This document shows, in pieces, positions 28,535 through 37,228 of a stretch of 64,000 nt of DNA. Under the pieces are notes generated by a model. The model was not told the DNA's origin, did no database searches, and worked only from the letters and a program-made list of their open reading frames with translations. Position numbers and translations under genes: made by a program. Location of the stretch: NCBI GenBank assembly GCA_018303025.1, contig JAGVYZ010000018.1, forward strand, positions 5,250-69,249, written 5' to 3'. Positions within the stretch are counted from its first letter, which is position 1, and each line of letters starts with the position of its first letter. The DNA comes from Candidatus Woesearchaeota archaeon. GTDB taxonomy: Archaea; Nanobdellota; Nanobdellia; SCGC-AAA011-G17; GW2011-AR20.

Positions 28535-28619
28535 GGAATGAAATAAACATATTAAACCCATTTTTAACAGTTTTGGCAATTATCTTATTAACTTTAGGTT
28601 TTATAATAATTAAAAAATC
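28535..28619 (+). repeat. about 85-bp direct repeat, right copy
   Basis: GGAATGAAATAAACATATTAAACCCATTTTTAACAG...; encodes a second copy of the TM helix NEINILNPFLTVLAIILLTLGFII. Confidence 0.8.
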
Positions 28620-28829
28620 TTTAAAATAGAATTTACTTTCTCTTGTATTTCTCTAGGATAAATTTTAAGGTATTTATTCAGTTATCATTTTACGAAGGTT
28701 ACATATATATGTAACTTTGGTATTTATTAAGATTTTAAAAAAAGTTACTATTATGGAAGCAATTAATTTGAATTAAAGTCTGTTCTTAGAAAGGATGAAG
28801 TTTAAAAGCAACAATTTTTTTATAATATC

Positions 28830-29679
28830 ATGCAATTCAAGCCAAAGTTCATAGAAAAATACGAAAAGATAACAGATATTGAAAAATTCAAGGAATTCTC
28901 ATTAAAAGAGCCAAGAAAGTCAATTAGAGTAAATACTATAAAAATTTCAGTAAATGAATTAAAAGAAAGATTAAAAGATTTTAAATTAACTCAAATAGAC
29001 TGGTGCAAAGAAGGATTTTTTATAGAAGGAAATAGAACAGACTTAGGAAATTTATTAGAACATTCTTTAGGTTATTTTTATGTTCAGGAAGCATCTTCAA
29101 TGCTTCCTCCATTAGCATTATCTCCAAATGAAAATGATATTGTTTTAGATATGGCAGCTTCTCCTGGCTCTAAAACAACTCAGTTAGCTTCAATAATGAA
29201 AAACCAGGGATTAATAATAGCTAATGAATTAAAATATGAAAGAACAAAATCACTCTCAATTAACTTAGAACGTTCAGGAATAACAAATACAATAATAACA
29301 AATTCAGATGCAAGAAATATTAAAGGAAATTATGATAAAATATTATTAGATGCACCTTGTTCAGGTACAGGAACAATAAGAAAATCTCCTAAAACATTAA
29401 AAATCTGGAATCCAAATATGTATAGAAAATTAAGCAATATCCAAAAACAATTAATAGAACATGCTTTCTCTTTATTAAAAGAAAATGGTATTTTAGTTTA
29501 TTCAACCTGCTCTATTTCTCCAGAAGAAGACGAAGAGGTAATTGAATCTTTGTTAAATAATCATCAAAATGCAAAAGTAGAAAAAATAAATTTAAGTAAA
29601 AAATACATTAAGAATCTGGCCGCAAGACAATGATACAGATGGTTTTTTTGTTGCTAAAATAAAGAAAGTAAATTTATAA
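28830..29679 (+). CDS. NOL1/NOP2/Sun family RNA cytosine-C5 methyltransferase, frameshifted near the 3' end
   Basis: VQEASSM, DMAASPGSKT, LLDAPCSGTGT, YSTCS. After the A6 run at 29598-29603 the +1 frame reads RIWPQDNDTDGFFVAKIKKVNL*, the usual family C-terminus. Confidence 0.8.
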
Positions 29680-29758
29680 ATTCGAGCCCAAAACTATCCC
29701 CTAATTTAGTTTGTGATTAAAAAGCAAATTTAATAAATAAGCTTTTGGTGAATTCTAT

Positions 29759-30640
29759 ATGGAGTATCCAATAATAGAAGTAAAAACCAAAGACGGAATA
29801 GTTCTCAATGGATTGATTTCTGAAAGTAAGAAAAGAGACAAAATTCTAATAAATATTCATGGAACCGCTAGCAATTTTTATGAAGAACCTCTTATAAAGG
29901 AACTATATACTGAACTTCCAAAGAAGGATATTTCTTTTTTGTCGACAAATAATCGAGGTAATTCTATATTAGGAAATAGTTGGCAGAGAACGGGTTCAGC
30001 TTTAGAAAAGTTTGAGGAATGTTTAATTGATATTGATACCTGGATAGAATTTTGTTTAAATAAAGGATATGAAAAAATTATTTTGCAAGGACATAGCCTT
30101 GGAACAGAAAAGATTGTATATTATATGAATAAGGGGAAATATAAAGATAAGGTGATTTTCATAATACTTTTAGGATTTTCCGATTCATATGGTTGTGAAA
30201 TGAACTTTTTAGGAAATAAGAAGGAACAATTTTTCAAAGAGGCGCGAGGATTAGTGAACTCAGGAAAATCAGATTATTTATTAACCATAGACTTAAAGTC
30301 TCATGCAGGTATTTTACCAAAGAGTGCTGGTTCTTTCCTCAATCAATTCTTTAAAAATTCAGAGTTATCAAACGCATTTACATTTCATAAAAGAAATCTT
30401 AAAATGTTTTCGAATATAAAAGTACCAATTCTAGCAATAATCTCTAATAATGATAAATATACTGGGAAAGATATTGTAAAAAATGGTTCTGAACATACTT
30501 CAATTCCATTAAAAGAGACCTGTGATTTGCTAAAAAGAGAAAATCCAAGAACCAAATTAGTTATCTTATCTAACACAAACCATGATTTTGAAGGAAAAGA
30601 AAAAGAATTAGCTAAAGAGATTATTAATTTCCTAGATTAA
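29759..30640 (+). CDS. alpha/beta hydrolase
   Basis: Nucleophile elbow GHSLG, HGTASNF oxyanion region, C-terminal NHDF. Confidence 0.7.
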   Translation: MEYPIIEVKTKDGIVLNGLISESKKRDKILINIHGTASNFYEEPLIKELYTELPKKDISFLSTNNRGNSILGNSWQRTGSALEKFEECLIDIDTWIEFCLNKGYEKIILQGHSLGTEKIVYYMNKGKYKDKVIFIILLGFSDSYGCEMNFLGNKKEQFFKEARGLVNSGKSDYLLTIDLKSHAGILPKSAGSFLNQFFKNSELSNAFTFHKRNLKMFSNIKVPILAIISNNDKYTGKDIVKNGSEHTSIPLKETCDLLKRENPRTKLVILSNTNHDFEGKEKELAKEIINFLD

Positions 30641-30756
30641 ATTACAGGACACAAGCGAACTGTAATTCTATAAGTTTTTTCTTTCAATATTATTTATGGT
30701 AAACTTAATTAAATAAAATTCAATAATCTTATAATTATTCTCATCTTATCCCGATA

Positions 30757-31128
30757 ATGATTAAAACAATTCCAATAAAAGATTCCAATGAAGTCATGGC
30801 TGAACTAGGAACCCAGGGATTATTTTTTAGAACTAAACGAGAAAATGTAAGAATAACAGGAATTAGTAATAATACAAATATTCCTTTGGAAGTTAGAACT
30901 GCATTAGTAGATTTAGTAATTCCAACAATATTTACAAGAGAAGCATTGGAAAGAAGAGGAATGAAGTTTAATGAATGTCCTCCAGGTTCCAGATTTGCAT
31001 ATTGCTTGGATGTTGTTGAAGTTTTAAAAGCAGCTGAAAAATATCAAGAAGCCAGACAATTGCAGGATACAATTAATCATCGTCTGAAATTATATGCTAT
31101 TGAACCTCAATCTTATGAGTTAATGTAA
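30757..31128 (+). CDS. hypothetical protein (orphan)
   Basis: 123-aa ORF, no family recognised. Confidence 0.4.
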   Translation: MIKTIPIKDSNEVMAELGTQGLFFRTKRENVRITGISNNTNIPLEVRTALVDLVIPTIFTREALERRGMKFNECPPGSRFAYCLDVVEVLKAAEKYQEARQLQDTINHRLKLYAIEPQSYELM

Positions 31129-31138
31129 ACTACTAGTC

Positions 31139-31531
31139 TTAACTAGTGCCATGATAACCTAATCCTCTTTTTCTTCCATTAGAAGCAGGAAAAGGAGCAA
31201 TACCATTATTCCCAAGTCTAGAACTAGAAAGGATTTTGTCTATTCTTTCTTCCTTGCTAGGCCAAAATGTCATTAACATATGTCTAACAGTATCTCGAGG
31301 ATAAAAAGAATCATTATCGTTCATACCATGAAATGTGGGATTTAATGAAGGGCAGTACTCTTGAAGGTCACTTACCCAAAAAACAAGACCATGTTCTTGC
31401 AGTCTGTCTCTTAAATAAGAATTTAACCACCAGCCATCTAAAGCTCTCACTAATCTATCTACATCATTAAGGTCATATAATGGTTGACCCATATGTTTTG
31501 CAGCCAATTTCTTATAATCTCGTCTTGTCAT
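31139..31531 (-). CDS. hypothetical protein (orphan)
   Basis: The track ORF begins at a TTG; ATG 31531 (MTRRDYKK) has TTTATAAAC about 24 nt upstream. Confidence 0.4.
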   Translation of the reverse strand: MTRRDYKKLAAKHMGQPLYDLNDVDRLVRALDGWWLNSYLRDRLQEHGLVFWVSDLQEYCPSLNPTFHGMNDNDSFYPRDTVRHMLMTFWPSKEERIDKILSSSRLGNNGIAPFPASNGRKRGLGYHGTS

Positions 31532-31590
31532 ATAATTTCCCAAAAAATGAAAGTTTATAAAAATAGAGGTTGATATCCAAAAGATTTCTG

Positions 31591-31673
31591 CAGGTTCGTA
31601 AAGATGGATTTGGGTTCGTGAAGGGAGAATCCCTTACTCTTAGTGCAGGTTCTTCCTAAGAAAGTGCCCTTAC
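31591..31673 (+). repeat. family A repeat locus
   Basis: caggttcgtaaag; gggttcgtgaagggagaatcccttac (hairpin AAGGGA-GAA-TCCCTT, 31621-31635); agtgcaggttcttcctaagaaagtgcccttac containing the TAA stop of the gene ending at 31670. Confidence 0.75.
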
Positions 31674-32170
31674 TTTCCAACATCAATAACTTCAACTTTC
31701 AAAACAGAAACAAAATCTTTAGTTTTCATTTCAATAGACTCTCCAAAATTACCAATAGAAAAATCAACTTTCTCATTTCTCAAAACAGATTTGTCAATAT
31801 AAGTCTCAATATTATTAAATATCTTGCAAAAAGGATGAACACTACCAATTTCACAATTAGTTTTTTTAAAAACAACTTCTTTGTCAGCTAATTTAGCATT
31901 TTTCACATTAAAATATTTCTTTAATTTATTCAAATCAATCTTATAATCACCTGAAATTAAAACTTCAATTATTTTTCCATCTAAGTCAAGAATAAGTGAT
32001 TTCACACCTTGAGAAAGTGGAATTCCTCTTTCTTTAGAAGATTCAACAGCAGTATAAGTTGGTTTATGTTTAATAATTTTAATATCAAATTTATTCAATA
32101 ACTTCTTAACAGCATCAGCTTCTTTTTCCATCTTATTTTGTCTTTCTTTTGATGAAGATTTTCTTTCCAT
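31670..32170 (-). CDS. YbaK/ProX-type aminoacyl-tRNA deacylase domain protein
   Basis: ...GVKSLILDLDGKIIEVLISGDYKIDLNKLKKYF...EIGSVHPF pattern of the YbaK/EbsC family. Confidence 0.65.
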   Translation of the reverse strand: MERKSSSKERQNKMEKEADAVKKLLNKFDIKIIKHKPTYTAVESSKERGIPLSQGVKSLILDLDGKIIEVLISGDYKIDLNKLKKYFNVKNAKLADKEVVFKKTNCEIGSVHPFCKIFNNIETYIDKSVLRNEKVDFSIGNFGESIEMKTKDFVSVLKVEVIDVGK

Positions 32171-32228
32171 GAAAACTTAAAGTTTTCAGGGTCCCAAAGA
32201 CAATGTCTTTTAGGACGTAAAGAAAAGC

Positions 32229-32426
32229 TCAGTCTTTCTTGAATACAGAAATATCATCTAATAAATCAATATGAGTCAAGAATAATGAACGACAGCAAAA
32301 TCTTTCCAAACCTAATTCATCCATAACTTTTTTCTTAGTTTCGCCTTTAGCAATTCTTTCCTTGTATTGCTCCCATAAGTGAGCTACTGGCTTACCACAC
32401 GAAAAACAGCGACAGGGTATGATCAT
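32229..32426 (-). CDS. rpoN: DNA-directed RNA polymerase subunit N (Rpo10)
   Basis: 65 aa; MIIPCRCFSCGKPVAHLWEQY...CCR zinc-binding layout. Confidence 0.9.
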   Translation of the reverse strand: MIIPCRCFSCGKPVAHLWEQYKERIAKGETKKKVMDELGLERFCCRSLFLTHIDLLDDISVFKKD

Positions 32427-32574
32427 TTTATTTTTTTATCTCCTTAATGCCTTATACTTGAATGGATATCCTTGATGTGAAATATATCCTAATTTCTCAA
32501 GTATTGATAACTGAAAATGAACTTTAGTCTTTTTTAAACCTTTCGTTATGGTTTTTTTAGAGAATATTCTATAA

Positions 32575-33165
32575 CTATTTCTCCCAGTGTTCCACAATAT
32601 TGAGTTCATCATCAAAATACTTGTCCCCAAATTTTTTCTTAAAATAATAGCCAAATCCTAATCCAATAAATAAACCAGCTAAATGAGCAGCACTAGCTAT
32701 TCCAGTAGGAAAGAAAAATCTTGAAATATCAATCAAAGCCCATAAGATTCCAGCTAAATACATAGGTAAAGGCATAAAATAAACATAAACAACCATTTTT
32801 GGTTTAAGCATAACAAGAGTGCCCAATACACCAAATATTGCACCAGAAGCACCTAAAGCAGCATTATAAAAGAAACTGGCAATTAAGCCTGCAAATACAC
32901 CAGAAACAAAATAAACAATTAAAAATCGTTTGCTTCCAATAGAGTTCTCAAGTATCATTCCAAAAATAAAAAGAGCAAGCATATTATTCAATAAATGCAC
33001 TAAATCACCATGCAAAAACATGGAAGTAATTAACATCCAAGGTTCATTTAAAACTCTAGAAGAAACTAAAGTAAAATTGTCATTAATATAAGGAATAAAA
33101 CTTTGTAAAATAAATATAATTACGCAAATTCCAATAAGCCAAAAAACATAATTTCTATTTTCCAT
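32575..33165 (-). CDS. rhomboid family intramembrane serine protease
   Basis: GASGAIFGVLG catalytic Ser motif, AHLAG catalytic His, six TM helices. Confidence 0.85.
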   Translation of the reverse strand: MENRNYVFWLIGICVIIFILQSFIPYINDNFTLVSSRVLNEPWMLITSMFLHGDLVHLLNNMLALFIFGMILENSIGSKRFLIVYFVSGVFAGLIASFFYNAALGASGAIFGVLGTLVMLKPKMVVYVYFMPLPMYLAGILWALIDISRFFFPTGIASAAHLAGLFIGLGFGYYFKKKFGDKYFDDELNIVEHWEK

Positions 33166-33180
33166 AATTACTAAGATTAA

Positions 33181-34491
33181 TTAACCTTTAAAAAATCTAT
33201 TATAGACTGCATTTACAGCTTTCATATTATCTCTATGCTCAATACCATAAATAATGCATCTTTCTAATGAACCTTGAGTTATAAATTCAATATTAACACC
33301 ATTAAAAGCTAAACTTCTCTGAATCTCTCCAGAAATGCCAATATGCCCTCTTAATCCTTTGCCTGCAACAACAAGACAACCAACATTATCTTTGCAGACA
33401 ACAGTTGCATTCTCTCCTAAACCATATAGATCAGTTTTAACTTCATCAATTTCAGCATCTGAAAATTCATCTCTCATAGCAACAACAGTAACATCATCTA
33501 TTCCAGTAATAATATGTTCTATTGATTTATTTCTTGAACTAAAAAAAGATGTAATCCTATTAAGTATGCCTTTGCTGTCATTCAAGCCAGTCATCTCAAC
33601 ATTAAAAGAGCAAAAGCCATTTTTATACGCAATTCCAACAATAGGTTTATCAGCTTCCCTGTCATTTACAACATAAGTTCCCTCGCTAGGATAAGTAAAA
33701 GTATTTCTTATATGTACAGGAATCTTGGCATTTTTAACAGGCTTCATTGCTTCTGCATGAAAAACAGTAAACCCTGAATATGCTAAATCCCTTAATTCTT
33801 CATAAGTTATTTCATCTATTTTAGCAGGATTGTCTACAAGTTTAGGGTCAGCAGCAAAAACACCATTTGTATCAGTAAAATTTTCATAAATTACATTATC
33901 AAAACAAGATGCAACATAAGCTCCTGTTAAATCAGAACCGCCCCTGCTAAAAGTAACAAGTTCTCCATTAGCGCTATAGCCATAAAAACCAGGTATAACA
34001 ACAAGTCTGTCTAAAGAAATTCTGTCTTTAATCTTTCTTTTTGAATCTTCTAAAATAACTGCATTCCCAAAATCATTTGTAACAACTAGAATTTCACTGG
34101 GATCAATATAAACAGCATCCATTATTCTGGCTAATAATCTTGCCTGTGCTTCTTCTCCAAAAGCTTTTAGACTATCAAGATAAGCAGGAAAAGGCAAATC
34201 TTTTTTTACCCTCTCTAATAAAATATTTCTTATTTCATCAATATCCTGTCCAGGATAAATATCTTCATATCTTCCCAAAATCTCATTTATTAATTTAGAA
34301 TCTTTATTTCCTGCAAGTTCAATTAGCATATCAGTAACTTTTTTATCACTTTTATTTTTTCTTCCAGGAGCAGAAACAACTGCAATTTTTCTTCTATTGT
34401 CATCAGTAATAATATTTCTTACCTTAGAAACAATCTCAGAAGTAGCTAAAGAACTTCCGCCAAATTTTGCAACACTAAGTAAATAACTCAT
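33181..34491 (-). CDS. aspartate kinase
   Basis: KFGGSSL, VVSAPG, SRGGSD; C-terminal ACT-like region. Confidence 0.85.
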   Translation of the reverse strand: MSYLLSVAKFGGSSLATSEIVSKVRNIITDDNRRKIAVVSAPGRKNKSDKKVTDMLIELAGNKDSKLINEILGRYEDIYPGQDIDEIRNILLERVKKDLPFPAYLDSLKAFGEEAQARLLARIMDAVYIDPSEILVVTNDFGNAVILEDSKRKIKDRISLDRLVVIPGFYGYSANGELVTFSRGGSDLTGAYVASCFDNVIYENFTDTNGVFAADPKLVDNPAKIDEITYEELRDLAYSGFTVFHAEAMKPVKNAKIPVHIRNTFTYPSEGTYVVNDREADKPIVGIAYKNGFCSFNVEMTGLNDSKGILNRITSFFSSRNKSIEHIITGIDDVTVVAMRDEFSDAEIDEVKTDLYGLGENATVVCKDNVGCLVVAGKGLRGHIGISGEIQRSLAFNGVNIEFITQGSLERCIIYGIEHRDNMKAVNAVYNRFFKG

Positions 34492-34578
34492 CTGGTTTTA
34501 ATAAATAATACTTTTTTAAATATTTTGGTTTTAAAAAATAATGTATTATTCAAAAAACATAATTCTTGTTTTCCATTG

Positions 34579-35817
34579 TTAACTCTTATTTTTATACTTT
34601 AAAATAGCTCTTACTACAACACTTTCATGAACCTTAAAAATTTTTGCTACCTCTTTTTGAGTTAAATTGTGAGATTTATAAAAAGCAGCAATTTCCTTTC
34701 TTTTTTCATCATTAGTCTTTATTATTCTTTTTCCTAAATTATTTTCTTTTAGCACTCTTTGAACTTTAATCTGGCTTATTCCAACTTCTTTTGCAATATC
34801 CAATGTTCTAGTACTCCCAGAATTATATAACTCAATTATTTTCTTAATTTTCTCTTCTGAAATCTTATTCCAGACATTTTTCCCTTTCTCTTTAAAATAG
34901 CAAGTTTCTTCTTTAATTTTAGGATATTGTTGCATCATATAAAAAAATTTAGCATATTTTTTAGGACTTAAAGCCATCAATCTCTGATTTAATAATTTGA
35001 TTAGGTTTTCTCTTTGAGAAATTATCAATAAATCATCACAATATTGTTTACTTGGAATATTTAAAAAATTTAAATATTTTTGAAATAAATTTCTTTCTTC
35101 CTGTTTAGCAGCAGTTATATAAATTCTATATCTTTTATATTGCTTATTGTTTTCAACACAACCTTCGCCAGCTATTATCCCTTTCATAAAGCTTTTAACA
35201 CTTTCATTCCCATAGTTGATTAAAGAATAAAACATTAATTTTACATAATTTTTAATAATCTGACTAAATAAATTACATTTATATTCAATAATTAAAGACC
35301 CATAATAATTATCTTTTAATTTTATATGGGGAATATTTTTTATATAAGAAACAGTTTTAGGATGTCTCATTTCATAAGAAATTTTAGTTTGTCTTAACCA
35401 GTGATTAATTACTTTTTCTTCTACTTCTTTTTTATACTTTTCATCTAAAGGTTCTTGCATATTTAATTTTATATACCACCTCCATCTATCTGAAGAAAAC
35501 TCAAAATTTTTTGAAAACCACAAGATTACTTTATTCATTAGTTTAAATTCAGAATTAGCAAATACTAAACATCCGTTCTGAGTTTTCCCCATTTCAGCTT
35601 GTAATAATCCTAAAGCTTCAAATAGTTCATTATTAAGTATGATTTTTCTAGGTAAACTTAAAGAATGTTCACGTTGTGCTTCATTATATTGACTTACCAA
35701 ATAAGATAAGTCAAGATATTCTTCCCCTATATGTTTGTTAAGAATAACTTCATTATTATTTTTCCCAACTAAAATCTTTTCAGGAATAAATTCATTTAAA
35801 TCAAGATAATTATTCAT
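34579..35817 (-). CDS. LAGLIDADG-like (two-motif) protein with C-terminal tandem HTH domains
   Basis: EALGLLQAEMGKT and FMKGIIAGEGCV resemble the two LAGLIDADG motifs; C-terminal LDIAKEVGISQIKVQRVL and TQKEVAKIFKVHESVV HTHs. Confidence 0.55.
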   Translation of the reverse strand: MNNYLDLNEFIPEKILVGKNNNEVILNKHIGEEYLDLSYLVSQYNEAQREHSLSLPRKIILNNELFEALGLLQAEMGKTQNGCLVFANSEFKLMNKVILWFSKNFEFSSDRWRWYIKLNMQEPLDEKYKKEVEEKVINHWLRQTKISYEMRHPKTVSYIKNIPHIKLKDNYYGSLIIEYKCNLFSQIIKNYVKLMFYSLINYGNESVKSFMKGIIAGEGCVENNKQYKRYRIYITAAKQEERNLFQKYLNFLNIPSKQYCDDLLIISQRENLIKLLNQRLMALSPKKYAKFFYMMQQYPKIKEETCYFKEKGKNVWNKISEEKIKKIIELYNSGSTRTLDIAKEVGISQIKVQRVLKENNLGKRIIKTNDEKRKEIAAFYKSHNLTQKEVAKIFKVHESVVVRAILKYKNKS

Positions 35818-35892
35818 AGAAAAAATAAGTAAAAATAATATATAAATGCGGCGCGCGCATTTGTCCTGTAAACCTACCTTTTAATATATATT
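35818..35892 (-). promoter_or_regulatory. conserved upstream element U3 + TATA box
   Basis: Sense strand AATATATATTAAAAGGTAGGTTTACAGGACAAATGCGCGCGCCGCATTTATATATT...; AGGACAAA ends 43 nt before the ATG; contains the GC island 35848-35858. Confidence 0.7.
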
Positions 35893-35918
35893 TTAAAAAA
35901 TATATTAATGTTACCACT

Positions 35919-36335
35919 TTAACGGTACGATTTCTGTCTCTTTTTTCTAGCTTTAGAATCATTTGGTTTACGAGTTTCCTTACGTCTTACATCAGCAATA
36001 AGTAACTGTCTGTCATATTGTAAGAATTTTTTCTCTAAATCTTTATTTTTAGTAAAAGAAACTAAAGCTCTTGAAATAGCTAATCTAACAGCTTCTGCTT
36101 GTGAATTCCATCCACCGCCTTTAACATCAACATCAATTTTAACTTTCTTAGTTAGCTCATCTCCAGCTAATAATAATGGCTCTCTTATTTTATCACGTGC
36201 AAAAACAGGATGAACAACATCTAACATCATTTTGTTTACTCTAACTTGCCCTTTTCCATTTCTAATTACTGCTCTGGCTATACTTCTTTTCCTTTTTCCA
36301 GATACAACATAAGCTTTACCTTCCATAATCACCAA
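35919..36335 (-). CDS. rps9: 30S ribosomal protein S9 (uS9)
   Basis: GKRKRSIARAV..., C-terminal ...ARKKRQKSYR; start may be the internal Met at 36326. Confidence 0.9.
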   Translation of the reverse strand: MVIMEGKAYVVSGKRKRSIARAVIRNGKGQVRVNKMMLDVVHPVFARDKIREPLLLAGDELTKKVKIDVDVKGGGWNSQAEAVRLAISRALVSFTKNKDLEKKFLQYDRQLLIADVRRKETRKPNDSKARKKRQKSYR

Positions 36336-36738
36336 TCTCCTTGCATACTGTTCTTAATGTTACAAATTTTCCAGCTTTGTTCCTATTTATATTCAACATA
36401 TCTACTGTTTCTAAATCAGCATTCTTTAAAGCATCTGGAATTTGATTATAACAAAATATTCTTGAATAAGCATCTCTTCCTCTTGCAACCTTATATGGAA
36501 GCATACCCCTAATAGCTCTTCTCAATAATTTATCAGGTTGTCTTGCATAAAATGGACCAGCAACATTGTGTCCTCTTTCAATTCTATGTTTATAATCTCC
36601 AATAATATTAGCTTTGTTTCCAGTAACAACTACTTTTTCACAATTGACAATTTTAATTTCCTCTCCTAATAATGCAGCTTTGGCTACATAATTAGCTAAT
36701 CTTCCTAAAATTAAATTTTCTCCATTAATAATCATCAT
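36316..36738 (-). CDS. rpl13: 50S ribosomal protein L13 (uL13)
   Basis: INGENLILGRLANYVAKAALLGEEIKIVNCEKVVVTG pattern. Confidence 0.9.
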   Translation of the reverse strand: MMIINGENLILGRLANYVAKAALLGEEIKIVNCEKVVVTGNKANIIGDYKHRIERGHNVAGPFYARQPDKLLRRAIRGMLPYKVARGRDAYSRIFCYNQIPDALKNADLETVDMLNINRNKAGKFVTLRTVCKEIGDYGR

Positions 36739-37097
36739 CCTAATATCCTCACTTTCTTTCCTTTTGGATTTTTCTTGATTAATTCTTGAATAGAAATTGC
36801 TTTTCCAGTTTTATTAATTTTCTCTTTAGCTTCATTTGAAAACTGATAAGCAGCAACAGTAATTTTTTTATTAAAATCACCTAAGCTTAGAACTTTTCCA
36901 GGAATTAAAGCAGTTTCATCATCTTTAGTATATTTTTCAATTTTATACAAGTTTACAACTCTTCTTCTTCTAGTGGGCATTTGTAAATATTCAGCTGTTT
37001 TTTTCCATAAAGCAACTTTTTCTTTATTAGCCAAACTTCTTAATTCCCTGATTAAGCGAATTAAATCCAATGTTTGAGGACCAGTAGCTTTTACCAT
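36735..37097 (-). CDS. rpl18e: 50S ribosomal protein L18e
   Basis: 120 aa; TGPQTLDLIRLIRELR...RRRRVVNL...; position upstream of L13-S9. Confidence 0.85.
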   Translation of the reverse strand: MVKATGPQTLDLIRLIRELRSLANKEKVALWKKTAEYLQMPTRRRRVVNLYKIEKYTKDDETALIPGKVLSLGDFNKKITVAAYQFSNEAKEKINKTGKAISIQELIKKNPKGKKVRILG

Positions 37098-37228
37098 TTT
37101 TTGTTTTGTTTCAACGAGCTAAGAATATTTTGATTAAACTTTTTCTAAAAGTTTACCCTACTTATTCGCGTCAGCTCGCAGAGTAAAATTAAATCACTTT
37201 AAACAGTTTATAAAGCTTTTTCTTTCAA

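Noticed and set aside
30641-30666. Possible fourth copy of the shared upstream element (AATTACAGGACACAAGCG)
   Set aside because: Only the 10-nt core TTACAGGACA matches. It lacks the AATATATATTAAAAGG part and the conserved 43-nt spacing to an ATG. It more likely forms a terminator-like stem (ATTACAG/CTGTAAT).
32436-32654. 72-aa ORF between rpoN and the rhomboid gene
   Set aside because: It overlaps the 3' end of the well-supported rhomboid gene by about 80 nt. I saw no convincing start context or motif, so it is left unannotated.
37098-37228. C/D box sRNA upstream of L18e
   Set aside because: Only a partial GTGATTT and one CTGA are present. There is no C'/D' pair or terminal stem with the proper spacing.
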